34,015 nucleotides of DNA, from assembly GCA_021831005.1 (NCBI GenBank), contig JAKBNO010000022.1, forward strand, positions 1 to 34,015, given 5' to 3'. Shown piece by piece: positions 1 through 9,616 of the stretch. The stretch's first letter is position 1. Each line of letters starts with the position of its first letter. This DNA comes from Thermoplasmata archaeon (lineage in GTDB: Archaea > Thermoplasmatota > Thermoplasmata > Thermoplasmatales > GCA-001856825). Under the pieces are notes generated by a model. That model was not told where the DNA came from. It worked only from the letters and a program-made list of their open reading frames with translations, and ran no database searches. The translations under genes and the position numbers were made by a program.

Positions 1-163
1 AATTCGAACTCTTTAACATTATTGCTGTTGGGGATAAGTTCAAAGGTGGAGAATATTTGGTGGGGAGTAAAATTTCAGCAAAAATTTTGCAAAACTCATC
101 CACTATACAAGCAAAGAAGACAATAACATTTTTTATTCCGTAAGCGATTTTCCAGTTGGGTGC

Positions 164-1234
164 TTGAAGACGCATATAAAACTATTCATACCGGGACCTA
201 CCGAAGTGAGGGAAGACGTACTTAAGGAAATGACAAAGCCACAAATTGGTCACAGGACCAAGGAGATGTCTGAATTATATGAAAGAATTCATAACAATCT
301 ACAAAAATATTTTGACACCAAGAACGAAGTCATGGTATTCACCGCCTCCGGGACAGGGATGATGGAGGGAAGCATAAGGAACACGATTCAGAGTGATGTT
401 CTTCATCTGACCAACGGCTCGTTCAGTGAAAGGTGGCTCGAAGTTTCGAAAGCAAACGGAAAGAATGCAGACTCCATTAAATATGAATGGGGTGTAGCGC
501 CTAAGGCGGTGGATCTAGAAGAAAGATTGGCCGAAAAAAGATACGAAGGTATTGCTCTCACCCATAACGAAACTAGCACGGGCGTAAGAACTCCGATAGA
601 AGATTTCTACAGAATTGCTCACGAACGCAGCTCGCTTTTTCTGGTAGACGCTGTGAGCTCGCTTGCTGGCGACACTATAGATATAAACAAAACCGACGTG
701 ATTTTTGCATCTTCACAGAAGGCATTTGGGCTTCCTCCAGGATTGGTGATTACATTCATCAGTCCGGAAGCAATGGAAAAAACAATGACCGTTAAGGGAA
801 GAGGATACTACTTTGATTTTATCTCCATGAAGGAGGATTATGATGCACGAAAGCAGATTCCTGCTACACCTGCAATTCCCCTTTTCTACTCTCTGGACTA
901 TCAACTGGAAAGAATGCTTCAGGAAGGAAGAGAAAATCGATTTAGACGGCATAAGGAGATGGCTGCAATGGTCCAGAAGTGGGGGAGAGAAAACTTTTCT
1001 TTGTTTGCGGAGCCAGGGTACGAATCTGTAACTTTGACAGTAGTGAATAATACCAGAAACTTAAATATAGAAAACGTGAGGAAATTGCTTCGTTCAAAGG
1101 GTATGGAAATCTCGAACGGGTATGGAAAGCTAAAGGAGAAAACGTTCAGGATAGCCCATATGGGTGACTTGACCCCCGTGGAAGTGAGGGAACTGCTCGA
1201 TGCAATGGACGAAATAATCGGGTTGAAACAATGA
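164..1234 (+). CDS. Class V PLP-dependent aminotransferase (serine-pyruvate / archaeal phosphoserine aminotransferase type)
   Basis: The ORF is 356 aa. It has N-terminal LFIPGPTEV and the PLP-lysine motif ASSQKAFGLPPGL typical of class V aminotransferases. The apparent start is TTG at 164, with a TATA-like cattttttattcc at 127-139 about 25-30 nt upstream. Its stop overlaps the next ATG (ATGA at 1231-1234). Confidence 0.85.
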   Translation: MKTHIKLFIPGPTEVREDVLKEMTKPQIGHRTKEMSELYERIHNNLQKYFDTKNEVMVFTASGTGMMEGSIRNTIQSDVLHLTNGSFSERWLEVSKANGKNADSIKYEWGVAPKAVDLEERLAEKRYEGIALTHNETSTGVRTPIEDFYRIAHERSSLFLVDAVSSLAGDTIDINKTDVIFASSQKAFGLPPGLVITFISPEAMEKTMTVKGRGYYFDFISMKEDYDARKQIPATPAIPLFYSLDYQLERMLQEGRENRFRRHKEMAAMVQKWGRENFSLFAEPGYESVTLTVVNNTRNLNIENVRKLLRSKGMEISNGYGKLKEKTFRIAHMGDLTPVEVRELLDAMDEIIGLKQ

Positions 1235-2139
1235 GAATTTTAATAGCAGACCAAATCCACCCCGAGGGGATCTATTATTTGAAGAATGCAGGGTTCGATG
1301 TAGAGGAGAAACTCGACCTCAGGAATGATGAACTGATGAACGAGATCCCGATCTATGATGCATTAATCGTGAGAAGCAAGACAAAGGTTACAAAAGAAAT
1401 CATCCAAGCGGGAACTAATCTGTTGGTTATCGGTAGAGCTGGAGTCGGTCTCGACAACGTGGATGTTGTCTCCGCAAAGGAGAGAAATATCAAAGTCCTT
1501 AACACCCCCGACGTAAGTACAACATCCGTTGCAGAGTTGGTAATGGGGTTCATGATATCAGCAATGAGACACATTCCGCAGGCGACTGCGTCAATAAAAT
1601 CAGGTGAGTGGAAAAAAGAAAGGTTCGCAGGAAAAGAACTCGCCGGTAAGACACTCGGCATTGTAGGTATAGGGAGGATTGGAAACGCTGTAGCAAAGAG
1701 AGCAGCATCTTTCGACATGGAAGTCATTGGATTCGATCCATACGTGAACAACTCAGAAAGAATACAAAGCGTAAATTTCGACACACTGCTGAGTAAATCA
1801 GATGTGGTATCATTTCACGTTCCCCTAACGGAGAGTACCTATCATATGCTGTCACTAAAAGAGATAAGGAAAATGAAGAAAGGGGTAGTGATCATAAATG
1901 CTTCGAGGGGAGGGATCATAGACGAGGAGGGACTGAAGCAGGGGCTCGATGAAGGAATAGTGGGAGCCGTTGCGCTAGACACATTCGAGTTAGAAAAGCC
2001 TTTTTCAACGGTACTGGCCGGTTACGAAAACTTCATTGCAACTCCCCACATTGGGGCCCAGACGGAGGAGGCACAAAGGAGGGCAGGTATAGAAATTGCC
2101 AAGGTACTTGCTAACTATCTTAGGGACAATAAGAGCTGA
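1231..2139 (+). CDS. serA: D-3-phosphoglycerate dehydrogenase, short form without ACT domain (D-2-hydroxyacid dehydrogenase family)
   Basis: The ORF is 302 aa. It has the NAD Rossmann motif GIVGIGRIGNAVAKR, then ASRGGIID and the catalytic-His region ATPHIGAQTEEAQ. It is translationally coupled to the upstream aminotransferase. Confidence 0.8.
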   Translation: MRILIADQIHPEGIYYLKNAGFDVEEKLDLRNDELMNEIPIYDALIVRSKTKVTKEIIQAGTNLLVIGRAGVGLDNVDVVSAKERNIKVLNTPDVSTTSVAELVMGFMISAMRHIPQATASIKSGEWKKERFAGKELAGKTLGIVGIGRIGNAVAKRAASFDMEVIGFDPYVNNSERIQSVNFDTLLSKSDVVSFHVPLTESTYHMLSLKEIRKMKKGVVIINASRGGIIDEEGLKQGLDEGIVGAVALDTFELEKPFSTVLAGYENFIATPHIGAQTEEAQRRAGIEIAKVLANYLRDNKS

Positions 2140-2143
2140 ATTT

Positions 2144-3319
2144 ATGGTTGAAGTTCTACCTTTCAAAGGATTGGGGTTCAAGCCAGGTAATCTTAAGGAA
2201 ATAATAACTGAGCCCTATGACAAGATACCAAATGACCTGCAAAGGACATACTACGAACGCAGCGAGAACAATTTCATACGCCTGAACCTTCCTACTGGGA
2301 CTGATCCACACAATTCCGCCAAAAAGACACTCGAAGAATGGAGAAATAATGGGACACTGAAGGAGGATCAGTTGCCATTCTTTTATGAATACATCGAAGA
2401 ATTCTACCTATACGGAGTAAAGAGGAAAAGGAGCGGGCTGTTTGCCATAGTAAGACTGGAAGATTATGGTGAGAAAAACATATTTCGGCATGAGAGGACA
2501 TTCTTGAACCCCAAAGACGATAGATTGAAAATGCTCAGAGCAACACAAACGGATCTGGAACCGATTCTCTTCCTGTACGACGATGTTGACATGGAACTGT
2601 TGAAGATAATCGACTCAGCTGATAAAGAGAACGAGTCTGACTTTGTGGACGAGAACGGAACAAGGCATATCCTCAAAAGGTTTGAGTCTCCCGAAATTAC
2701 CACCTTTTTTAAACAGAAAAAACTTATAATTGCGGATGGACACCACAGGTACGAATCTGCATTGGCATACGGCAAGGAAATGGGATTCATTGGTGGCACC
2801 AGATATGTGATGGCTGTACTTGTGAACAGGTATGATCCGGGTTTGGTTGTCATTGCTTCCCATAGAGTGGTGCAATCTGGAACTCTTCCTGCTGAAAAGC
2901 TTCTAGAAGGGCTGAAGGAGAACTTCGTGATAGAAGAAATAGATAAAAGGGAAGTTTTGGATCCACTGAAGAGTGATATCATATTCTACTACAAGGACCA
3001 CTATTTTTCCCTTACCCCTAGTGAGAACTTGCTAGCTTCATTGACTAACGTAGAGAAGCTCAATGCTTCATTACTAAACACGTTGATTGTTCCCCAGATC
3101 GCTAAATTATCAGAGGGAAATCCCATCACATATACCAGAAGTGCTTCCGAAGCCATCAGAAAAGTCGATGATGGTGAAGCTCGATACGCATTCTTATTGA
3201 AACCCATTGATCCAGGCACGGTATGGGAAGTAGCTATTGAGGGGGAAGTTATGCCAGAAAAGTCAACCGATTTTTTTCCAAAGCTCGCATCAGGGTTGAA
3301 AATGTTTCGGTTGAATTAG
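2144..3319 (+). CDS. DUF1015 family protein (function unknown)
   Basis: The ORF track opens at 2096, but the first ATG at 2144 lies 4 nt after the serA stop and gives MVEVLPFKGLGFKP. As far as I recall, that start and the internal IIADGHHRYESALAYG motif are typical of DUF1015 proteins of about 390-420 aa. Confidence 0.7.
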   Translation: MVEVLPFKGLGFKPGNLKEIITEPYDKIPNDLQRTYYERSENNFIRLNLPTGTDPHNSAKKTLEEWRNNGTLKEDQLPFFYEYIEEFYLYGVKRKRSGLFAIVRLEDYGEKNIFRHERTFLNPKDDRLKMLRATQTDLEPILFLYDDVDMELLKIIDSADKENESDFVDENGTRHILKRFESPEITTFFKQKKLIIADGHHRYESALAYGKEMGFIGGTRYVMAVLVNRYDPGLVVIASHRVVQSGTLPAEKLLEGLKENFVIEEIDKREVLDPLKSDIIFYYKDHYFSLTPSENLLASLTNVEKLNASLLNTLIVPQIAKLSEGNPITYTRSASEAIRKVDDGEARYAFLLKPIDPGTVWEVAIEGEVMPEKSTDFFPKLASGLKMFRLN

Positions 3320-3541
3320 TGATTGTTGAAAGCATCTCGGGTCTATTCGGTACTGGTTGGGAGCCTGAAGAAAAAGAATTTCGGAATGAGAAGGAGAGGT
3401 CGGAAATTAGTTATAACAGTGCGAGCGATCTCTACACTCAATAGTTACTGTTTAGGATAACCCATAATATTCTTTCTTTAACGAATATAGAGTTGATTCA
3501 ACTGGAACAATACATTTATTTGAAGGTCTACATCCTACATT

Positions 3542-4447
3542 GTGAATAGTTCGATCAAGGGTGGGATCTGGAAGGTCATTGCAACCATTGCTATATCGGT
3601 AGCAGTCCTTTATGTTGCAAGTTTTCTCCTCGGATACTACTCAAAGATCTACCCGCAGTTAATAAGGTACCATTATCTCAGTTATATCCAGGACGCAATC
3701 GCAGCAGTTATCGCCGTCGGTCTTGCGATTGCAGTGGTCAGGATCATTGGCCACCTAATTAATTCCTACGCAGAAAAAACCGAAGAGAGGAGGAACCTTA
3801 GAGGTGTCTTTATTCTTATACGCATTGTAATCTATGCAGCAGTAATATTCTGGTTCCTTTCTTATATTGGAATCAACCTTGCTGGAGCACTTGTTGGCGG
3901 TGCGATTGGAGGAATAGTTATAGGCTTTGCAGTTCAATCAATAGCCTCGAGCATTCTTTCTGGAATAATGGTAACTGGTGGAGGATTTGTAAAACCAGGA
4001 GATGCTGTTTCAGTTTATTCATGGCTATTTGGACAAACCATAACCGGAAAAGTCGAAGAAGTAAAGTTGCTCCATACCAGAATCAGGAACTCTTTAGGAC
4101 AGACTTTCTTGCTCCCAAACGGTGCGCTATTTGGGAGTACGATTTACACACCACTTGGTATAGGGAGGAATCTTTCATTTGCGCTAACCGTCATAATGCC
4201 TGCAGATATCCCAGCAGATAAACTAGTGGAGAAAGTGAAGTCAGCGTTGCAAGATGCTTCAGTCAAGCCTACGAATTTCACTACAGACATCTATCTTATT
4301 GCAAAGAACAGCGGCTCAAACACATTCTCAGTCGTGATCAAATTCTCAGAAATCGAAAAACTATCATCATATCAGGATTTAATAAACACGATTTTCGACA
4401 GAGAGTACTGGGTTATCAAGAACACCCCGACTATCGGCAAAAAGTAG
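3542..4447 (+). CDS. Small-conductance mechanosensitive channel (MscS family)
   Basis: The ORF is 301 aa with a GTG start. Several N-terminal TM helices are followed by an MscS beta-domain pattern: VKPGDAVSVY...GKVEEVKLLHTRIRN..GQTFLLPNG. Confidence 0.75.
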   Translation: MNSSIKGGIWKVIATIAISVAVLYVASFLLGYYSKIYPQLIRYHYLSYIQDAIAAVIAVGLAIAVVRIIGHLINSYAEKTEERRNLRGVFILIRIVIYAAVIFWFLSYIGINLAGALVGGAIGGIVIGFAVQSIASSILSGIMVTGGGFVKPGDAVSVYSWLFGQTITGKVEEVKLLHTRIRNSLGQTFLLPNGALFGSTIYTPLGIGRNLSFALTVIMPADIPADKLVEKVKSALQDASVKPTNFTTDIYLIAKNSGSNTFSVVIKFSEIEKLSSYQDLINTIFDREYWVIKNTPTIGKK

Positions 4448-4629
4448 TATACTCAGGTGCTGAATTCCTTTGAGACACTCATATCAATGTCCTGTCATTC
4501 TGTGTTTAATGTACACCTAATTTGTTTGGAGTCCTAGGTCATTCAATACTTCACTTCTTTCACATCTGCATCTCTGACTCAAACGCACCACAGGTATCAC
4601 TTATATGCCAAAGTTTGCATTACCAAAGC

Positions 4630-6117
4630 ATGAAACTTCTTATAGATGGGGAATGGAGAGAATCCAGCTCGGGTCTGAAGCAGGACAAGATAAATCCCAG
4701 CACGGGTGAAAAGATGGCCGAATTCCCACTGGCAACGAAAGATGATGTGGGGATGGCTATCTCTGCAGCTGCAGACGCGTTCGAAAACTGGTACTATGCT
4801 GCTTCGAAGGAGCGGGGTAGAATTCTGTTCAAAGCTTCGTTACTCATTGAGGGAAGAAGAAAGGAACTTGAGAACATCCTGATTTCAGAGAATGGCAAAC
4901 CTTCCCTCGAAGCAAAGGAGGAAGTAGATGGAGTCATAGACCAGATCAAGTACTACTCTGGATTTGAACGGAAGATTAGCGGAGACTTGCTCGAAGGTCC
5001 CGGAAGGGAGGAAAAACTTTTCTTGCACAAAGTCCCCTATGGAGTTGTAGTGGCCCTCACACCCTGGAATTTTCCAGCTGCCATGGTTGCCAGAAAACTG
5101 ACTCCTGCCCTTCTGACCGGGAATACTGTCGTTTTAAAACCAAGCAGTGACACTCCTCTTTCCGCAGAGTGGATTGTTAGGAAGTTCACAGAGGCCGGAA
5201 TACCGAATGGAGTACTTAATCTCGTCACTGGAAAGGGATCTGAGATAGGCGACTACATCGTTTCCCACAAGAAGGTTTCGTTAGTCAGCATGACGGGCTC
5301 CACAGAGACCGGGCAGAGAATAATGAAGAATGCAAGCGCAAATATGGCCAAACTGATTCTGGAACTTGGAGGGAAGGCACCATTCATAGTGTGGAAAGAT
5401 GCAGACATTAAGAATGCGATCAAGACTCTCCTCTGGGCAAAATTCTTGAATGCAGGACAATCCTGTATTGCTGCAGAGAGACTTTATGTCCATTCTGATA
5501 TTTATTCTAATTTCATAAACAAGCTGCAACACGCACTATCCAAAATGAAAGTGGGGGACCCCAGGACATCCGACATGGGTCCTTTGATAAACAAGGGTGC
5601 ATTGAACAACATGAAAGAAATTGTACAAGATTCGGTATCGAACGGGGGCAAAGTTATCTTTGGTGGAGAGCAACCAGAATTGAAGGGAAAATTTTCAAAA
5701 GGATTTTTCTTTGAGCCGACCATTATAGAAAATAGTGATCAGAAGTCAAGGTTGTTCCAGGAAGAGATATTCGGGCCAGTAATAGGATCTACCAGTGTAT
5801 CGGACATTGAAGATGCATTTGAGAAAGCCAACGACTCTAAGTACGGACTTGCCTCTTACCTATTTACAAACGACAACAGAATCATTATGGACTCGTTCGA
5901 CAAAATCAGGTTCGGTGAATTGTATGTTAACATGCCGGGTCCAGAGGCGTCGAATGGATATCACACGGGTTTCAGATTGACTGGACAGGCTGGAGAAGGG
6001 AGCACTCACGGCATTGAAGAGTACCTGAAGATAAAGAACATTTACGTGAACTATTCAAGAAAAAATCTAGAAATAGAGACGGTAAGGGAAGAGATCCTGA
6101 AGCCATCCCAGGGGTAG
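4630..6117 (+). CDS. NAD(P)+-dependent aldehyde dehydrogenase
   Basis: ALDH signatures are present: ELGGKAP (catalytic Glu), NAGQSCIAAERLYV (catalytic Cys) and EEIFGPV. The start is set at the ATG at 4630 (MKLLIDGEW), because the 36-aa upstream extension of the ORF looks non-coding. Confidence 0.9.
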   Translation: MKLLIDGEWRESSSGLKQDKINPSTGEKMAEFPLATKDDVGMAISAAADAFENWYYAASKERGRILFKASLLIEGRRKELENILISENGKPSLEAKEEVDGVIDQIKYYSGFERKISGDLLEGPGREEKLFLHKVPYGVVVALTPWNFPAAMVARKLTPALLTGNTVVLKPSSDTPLSAEWIVRKFTEAGIPNGVLNLVTGKGSEIGDYIVSHKKVSLVSMTGSTETGQRIMKNASANMAKLILELGGKAPFIVWKDADIKNAIKTLLWAKFLNAGQSCIAAERLYVHSDIYSNFINKLQHALSKMKVGDPRTSDMGPLINKGALNNMKEIVQDSVSNGGKVIFGGEQPELKGKFSKGFFFEPTIIENSDQKSRLFQEEIFGPVIGSTSVSDIEDAFEKANDSKYGLASYLFTNDNRIIMDSFDKIRFGELYVNMPGPEASNGYHTGFRLTGQAGEGSTHGIEEYLKIKNIYVNYSRKNLEIETVREEILKPSQG

Positions 6118-6457
6118 ATACGGTTAAAGAAGATAGTAATTCGCACCGAAGGTTCACATTTTTATTTCATCCTTTTAATCACGATTTCAAAAATCAATTC
6201 CGAGATGATTTTTTGTACAGTTCTTCATAGTAGAAAGCGTTGCTTCGTCATCCAATGAATTACCACCATGTTAACCAGCGGATTTGCTTTTTCGGATTTG
6301 ATTAATTTTCAAATCTCGGAATTTTTTGCAGAAGGTTCAGACGGTTTCACACATTTGAATTCTATTATCTTGTTTGCAATAGCTGTGTCATCATGCCTTT
6401 AAAAGGCAAAGTGCTCACATTGAAAGCTTCAAGGACCTTTTGGAACGCAGTATGGAA

Positions 6458-7753
6458 TCAGATACGATCCACTTGAGATTCGCTGAGTTGTTCTCCCCTG
6501 ATCTTCATTTTCTCTCTGAATTTCGAAATGTCTTTTGGAATGATGAATATTAGTAGTGCGAAAACAATTCCACAAAATATCCAGGTTACTGTGCTGACAA
6601 CAGTGATTGCGAACTGAAGTGATATGGCAGTAGCCACAATCCCAACTATTCCAGGTCCGAATGCACTTCCAGCACTTGCAAAGAAATTGAGGTACGCGGT
6701 CGCGCTCCCCCGCAGTTCTGGCTCAATGATATCCATGACTCCTGCATTCACACTAGGTCCCGCCATGGGCAGTACAAATGCAGTAATTACCCCAAGCACG
6801 TAGAAGCGGTCAATCGAAGTTGTGTACATAGTAAGAAAGATGAGAATTGCAGACAAGAACACAACAACCGTTCCAAGGATCGCTCTTCCGCTTGATATCC
6901 TTTTGAACAGAAAGTCGCTTAGATACCCAGAGACTAAGTTGCCTGCGACCATTGAAACTATCCATATTAAAAGTACCACAGTTATCGTAAATGAGGGTAT
7001 TTTCCTGACAATGGCCATATAGGTGATTATCCAGAAGCTTATCGCAGTCCAAGGAATGGTCCCGAAGAATCCCTGGATGAAAAGAAGGAGAAGAGACCTG
7101 TTCGTCAGTATCTTCTTGATGTCTGAGAGCTTGACCTTATATATATCTGAGGCAACATGACCTTGCAGCTCGGGCTCAGATGATCCTCTCGGAATTTCTT
7201 TTACCAGAAAGAAGATCAGTGCTCCGACTGCAAGACTGAGTCCGGCTGTGATAAAGAATGAATATCTCCAGTTCAGTCCTGCCCCTATGACTGTAAGGGG
7301 AATGACTATGCCAAGAAGATATCCAATTGGACTGGCAGCATTGATCACGCCCATTGCCTTTCCTCTGCTCTTTGGTTCAAAATAATCTGCTGTGAGAGTG
7401 TAAGCTCCCGATGGGAGAGGATAGCCGATTCCGGTCAGGATCCTCGTCACGAATAACTGAGAAAATATCCTGGATAGAGCGTTGATCCATGTCGTCGCTC
7501 CCAGAATCACTGCCATTAGGACTGTAAGAAGTTTTCTGGAGTATTTATCGTACAAGTACCCCCACAATGGATAAAGAACAGTTCCAACTATCAACGTGGA
7601 AGTTACTAGCAATCCAAGAATTGCGTCGGTAACGTGGTACTCCTGGATAAGCTGTGGTTCCACCGCTGATATTACGTAGGTGTCTGCAGATTGTATCATG
7701 AGAAAAGCTGACAAAACGGTAACAACACCCCACTTGTACCTGCTTTTGCTCAT
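6458..7753 (-). CDS. MFS transporter
   Basis: The ORF is 431 aa, has about 12 hydrophobic segments and an ATG start. A loop motif after TM2 (LWGYLYDKYSRKLL) resembles the MFS signature. Confidence 0.8.
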   Translation of the reverse strand: MSKSRYKWGVVTVLSAFLMIQSADTYVISAVEPQLIQEYHVTDAILGLLVTSTLIVGTVLYPLWGYLYDKYSRKLLTVLMAVILGATTWINALSRIFSQLFVTRILTGIGYPLPSGAYTLTADYFEPKSRGKAMGVINAASPIGYLLGIVIPLTVIGAGLNWRYSFFITAGLSLAVGALIFFLVKEIPRGSSEPELQGHVASDIYKVKLSDIKKILTNRSLLLLFIQGFFGTIPWTAISFWIITYMAIVRKIPSFTITVVLLIWIVSMVAGNLVSGYLSDFLFKRISSGRAILGTVVVFLSAILIFLTMYTTSIDRFYVLGVITAFVLPMAGPSVNAGVMDIIEPELRGSATAYLNFFASAGSAFGPGIVGIVATAISLQFAITVVSTVTWIFCGIVFALLIFIIPKDISKFREKMKIRGEQLSESQVDRI

Positions 7754-7876
7754 TCTCTCGTATATTTTTTAAACCGTATTAATAATTTTTTACGATTTTT
7801 CTCTTATTGTTAATGAGTCTAAAAAATATAAGGCAAGACAAAGAGTAATTCATACTAAAAATTTTCATATTAGAAA
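7754..7876. promoter_or_regulatory. AT-rich divergent promoter region (MFS transporter / small ORF)
   Basis: This 123-bp spacer is very AT-rich and lies between divergent start codons. It holds several TATA-like tracts (tttaaaaaatata on the minus strand, aaaaatataagg and ctaaaaatttt on the plus strand). Confidence 0.4.
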
Positions 7877-8239
7877 ATGAATACAAACTGGATATACTTG
7901 CCAGTTCAATACTTGAAAAACAGTTTTAAGAAGATCGATGACAGAACAATAGAGTTCAAAATCAAGAATATGGAAGGATCTGCAAGAGTGAACATTTCGC
8001 CATCCATCTACCTGGATGGTGACGACATCTCTGCTGGAAGCACTGTGAGCACTAAAGAAGGGGAATTTGAAGCTGTAAAAAAGAACATGGACCTGGACAT
8101 TTTGCTGGGTGAATCTATCGCTATGAGATCGGTCTTAGAAAAGCCTCTCAATCTGGGAAGTCATAAAATCAAGGTAATCATCGGAGTTAACTTTCCGCTC
8201 TGGACTACATTTGAGTTAGAATTCAAGGTGAAGGCATAA
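7877..8239 (+). CDS. Hypothetical small protein (120 aa, beta-rich, no TM segment)
   Basis: The ORF is clean with an ATG start and a coding-like composition, but I recognise no motif. It ends 3 nt from the convergent GH4 stop. Confidence 0.5.
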   Translation: MNTNWIYLPVQYLKNSFKKIDDRTIEFKIKNMEGSARVNISPSIYLDGDDISAGSTVSTKEGEFEAVKKNMDLDILLGESIAMRSVLEKPLNLGSHKIKVIIGVNFPLWTTFELEFKVKA

Positions 8240-8242
8240 CGA

Positions 8243-9616
8243 TTAATTGAAGTGTTTGGCCATCTCCCTGTTCTCCTTTAGGCCCAATAATTCTTCAACA
8301 ACTCTTTCCGCCTGTTTGTTAGTCCTGGTGCGCGGATCTGCCATCAACCATTCTAAGAGTATCTCCTTTCCGCCGTCCGTGAAGGCTTCAAGTGCCCACT
8401 CCATTCTCTGGATTCTCGGAAGAATCGAAAAGTTCATCACTTTCTTTGGAAGTTTTCTACCTCCGACTCTATGGATCCCCTTTCCATCAATTACTGAAGG
8501 AGTCTCAACTGCAACATTATCTCGGATTCCATCAAAAATTCCGTTATTGATAACGTTGACTTGATAGTTACCTCTCACATCGTTTGCCAAAGCGTTTAGT
8601 ATTGGAACCACAGGTTCGTCGCTGATTCCAGATGGAAATAGATTTGAAAGAGATTCTTTTGTGTTTTCGAGAGCGTTGTTTATTGCGGACATATTCCTCT
8701 TCTCACTATCCAGGTAGAATTTCCAACCTATTGCAGAATCGAACCCACCGAGAGCTCCATACCATCGGACCTTTGTTCTGTGATTTCTATGATACTTCCA
8801 AGATCCGCTTCGGACGGTGTCTCCAATCGGAACTAGCCCAAATTCATTGTACATATCCACCATCGCTGGAGACATCTGAACACTCAGTGGGTTTGACCTA
8901 GTTGTAGTCAGCCACCCTTTGTAAAACGAATGGTATTCCTTGTCGACCCATTCTCGAAGGATAGGGTAAGCATCTTCTTGACGATTCTTGAACTTGGTCA
9001 TCCAAATTGTGTGATTGAGACCCATCGACTCAACTTCCATCTCCCTCTCTTTGAGTCCGATTGAACCTACGATATCCCTATACTCCTTGTGACCGTGGCA
9101 CACTCCCACCAACTTTATCTTGAACAATCGTCCGATCAACGTCGTGAGTTCAAACACCGGATTTGAAAGTTGAAGTAGCCAAGATTCCGGGCTCAACTCT
9201 TCGACATCTTCTGCAATGTCCGTTGCAAGCTTGAGTTGGTAGTATCCCCAGATGGTATGGTAGTCAGAGACCATGTTCCACTCTACGCTATTTATCCCCC
9301 TAAAATATCCATTTTTCTCAGAGATTGCCCTCATCTTTTCATAGTACTGGTGTCCTCCAGCCATTGCCGTATTTATTACGAAGTCCGAATCTTTGATGGC
9401 TTCTCTCCTGTTCTTAGTCTTGAGAACCGTCATATCAAATTTTACCTCAGCAGAATATCTCTTCGCCAGCCTGTATACTGAGTTGAGGCGATCCTCATCT
9501 ATGTCCATCAGAGAGATGGTGCTTCCCTTCATTTCTGGAGTCGAGCAGAGATCGTGTATTATAGTAGAACTCCAGAACAAACTTCCTGCTCCTAGTATTG
9601 CAATCTTCAAAGGCAC
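8243..9616 (-). CDS. Glycoside hydrolase family 4 (NAD+/Mn2+-dependent alpha-glucosidase / alpha-galactosidase type)
   Basis: It has the N-terminal Rossmann motif KIAILGAGSLFWS and the GH4 Cys-His metal-site motif VGVCHGH, in 457 aa. The start is GTG at 9616, or alternatively TTG at 9610. A TATA-like tttattattttatt lies on the minus strand about 25-35 nt upstream (about 9643-9656). Confidence 0.85.
   Translation of the reverse strand: MPLKIAILGAGSLFWSSTIIHDLCSTPEMKGSTISLMDIDEDRLNSVYRLAKRYSAEVKFDMTVLKTKNRREAIKDSDFVINTAMAGGHQYYEKMRAISEKNGYFRGINSVEWNMVSDYHTIWGYYQLKLATDIAEDVEELSPESWLLQLSNPVFELTTLIGRLFKIKLVGVCHGHKEYRDIVGSIGLKEREMEVESMGLNHTIWMTKFKNRQEDAYPILREWVDKEYHSFYKGWLTTTRSNPLSVQMSPAMVDMYNEFGLVPIGDTVRSGSWKYHRNHRTKVRWYGALGGFDSAIGWKFYLDSEKRNMSAINNALENTKESLSNLFPSGISDEPVVPILNALANDVRGNYQVNVINNGIFDGIRDNVAVETPSVIDGKGIHRVGGRKLPKKVMNFSILPRIQRMEWALEAFTDGGKEILLEWLMADPRTRTNKQAERVVEELLGLKENREMAKHFN

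Noticed and set aside
1-126. An open plus-strand frame at the left window edge (…NSNSLTLLLLGISSKVENIWWGVKFQQKFCKTHPLYKQRRQ*).
   Set aside because: It is too short and has no recognisable motif. It could be the tail of an upstream gene or non-coding DNA, and cannot be supported from 126 nt.
1353-1784. A 143-aa minus-strand ORF inside serA, together with similar antisense or alternate-frame ORFs at 713-952, 2464-2982, 2615-2875, 5281-5723, 8247-8564, 9236-9653, 10851-11156, 11451-12173, 12361-13023, 13375-13783, 15026-15691, 15821-16213, 20031-20399, 20790-21095, 23085-23387, 23865-24149, 24981-25639, 25777-26192, 28488-28883, 29012-29873, 30133-30684 and 30854-31316.
   Set aside because: All lie wholly within longer ORFs that carry strong family motifs on the other strand or frame. 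Their translations are Ser/Leu/Cys/Pro-rich and low in complexity, typical of shadow ORFs.
3319-3444. A 41-aa GTG ORF overlapping the DUF1015 stop (TAGTG).
   Set aside because: The peptide is highly charged and low in complexity, with no hydrophobic core or motif. Chance ORFs of this size are expected, so there is no supporting evidence.
4522-4629. N-terminal extensions offered by the ORF track for the aldehyde dehydrogenase (4522), DUF1015 (2096), PHP protein (9756), glycosyltransferase (21874), TruA (23749) and Map (27882).
   Set aside because: In each case a downstream ATG yields the canonical family N-terminus. The extension either overlaps the preceding gene in another frame or reads as non-protein-like sequence.
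7877-8239. The idea that the 120-aa protein is a C-glycoside deglycosidase beta-subunit-like (DUF6379-type) partner protein.
   Set aside because: The idea rests only on similar size and a vague beta-strand pattern. No sugar-phosphate-isomerase-fold alpha subunit is encoded nearby, and I cannot recall the family motifs well enough to support it.
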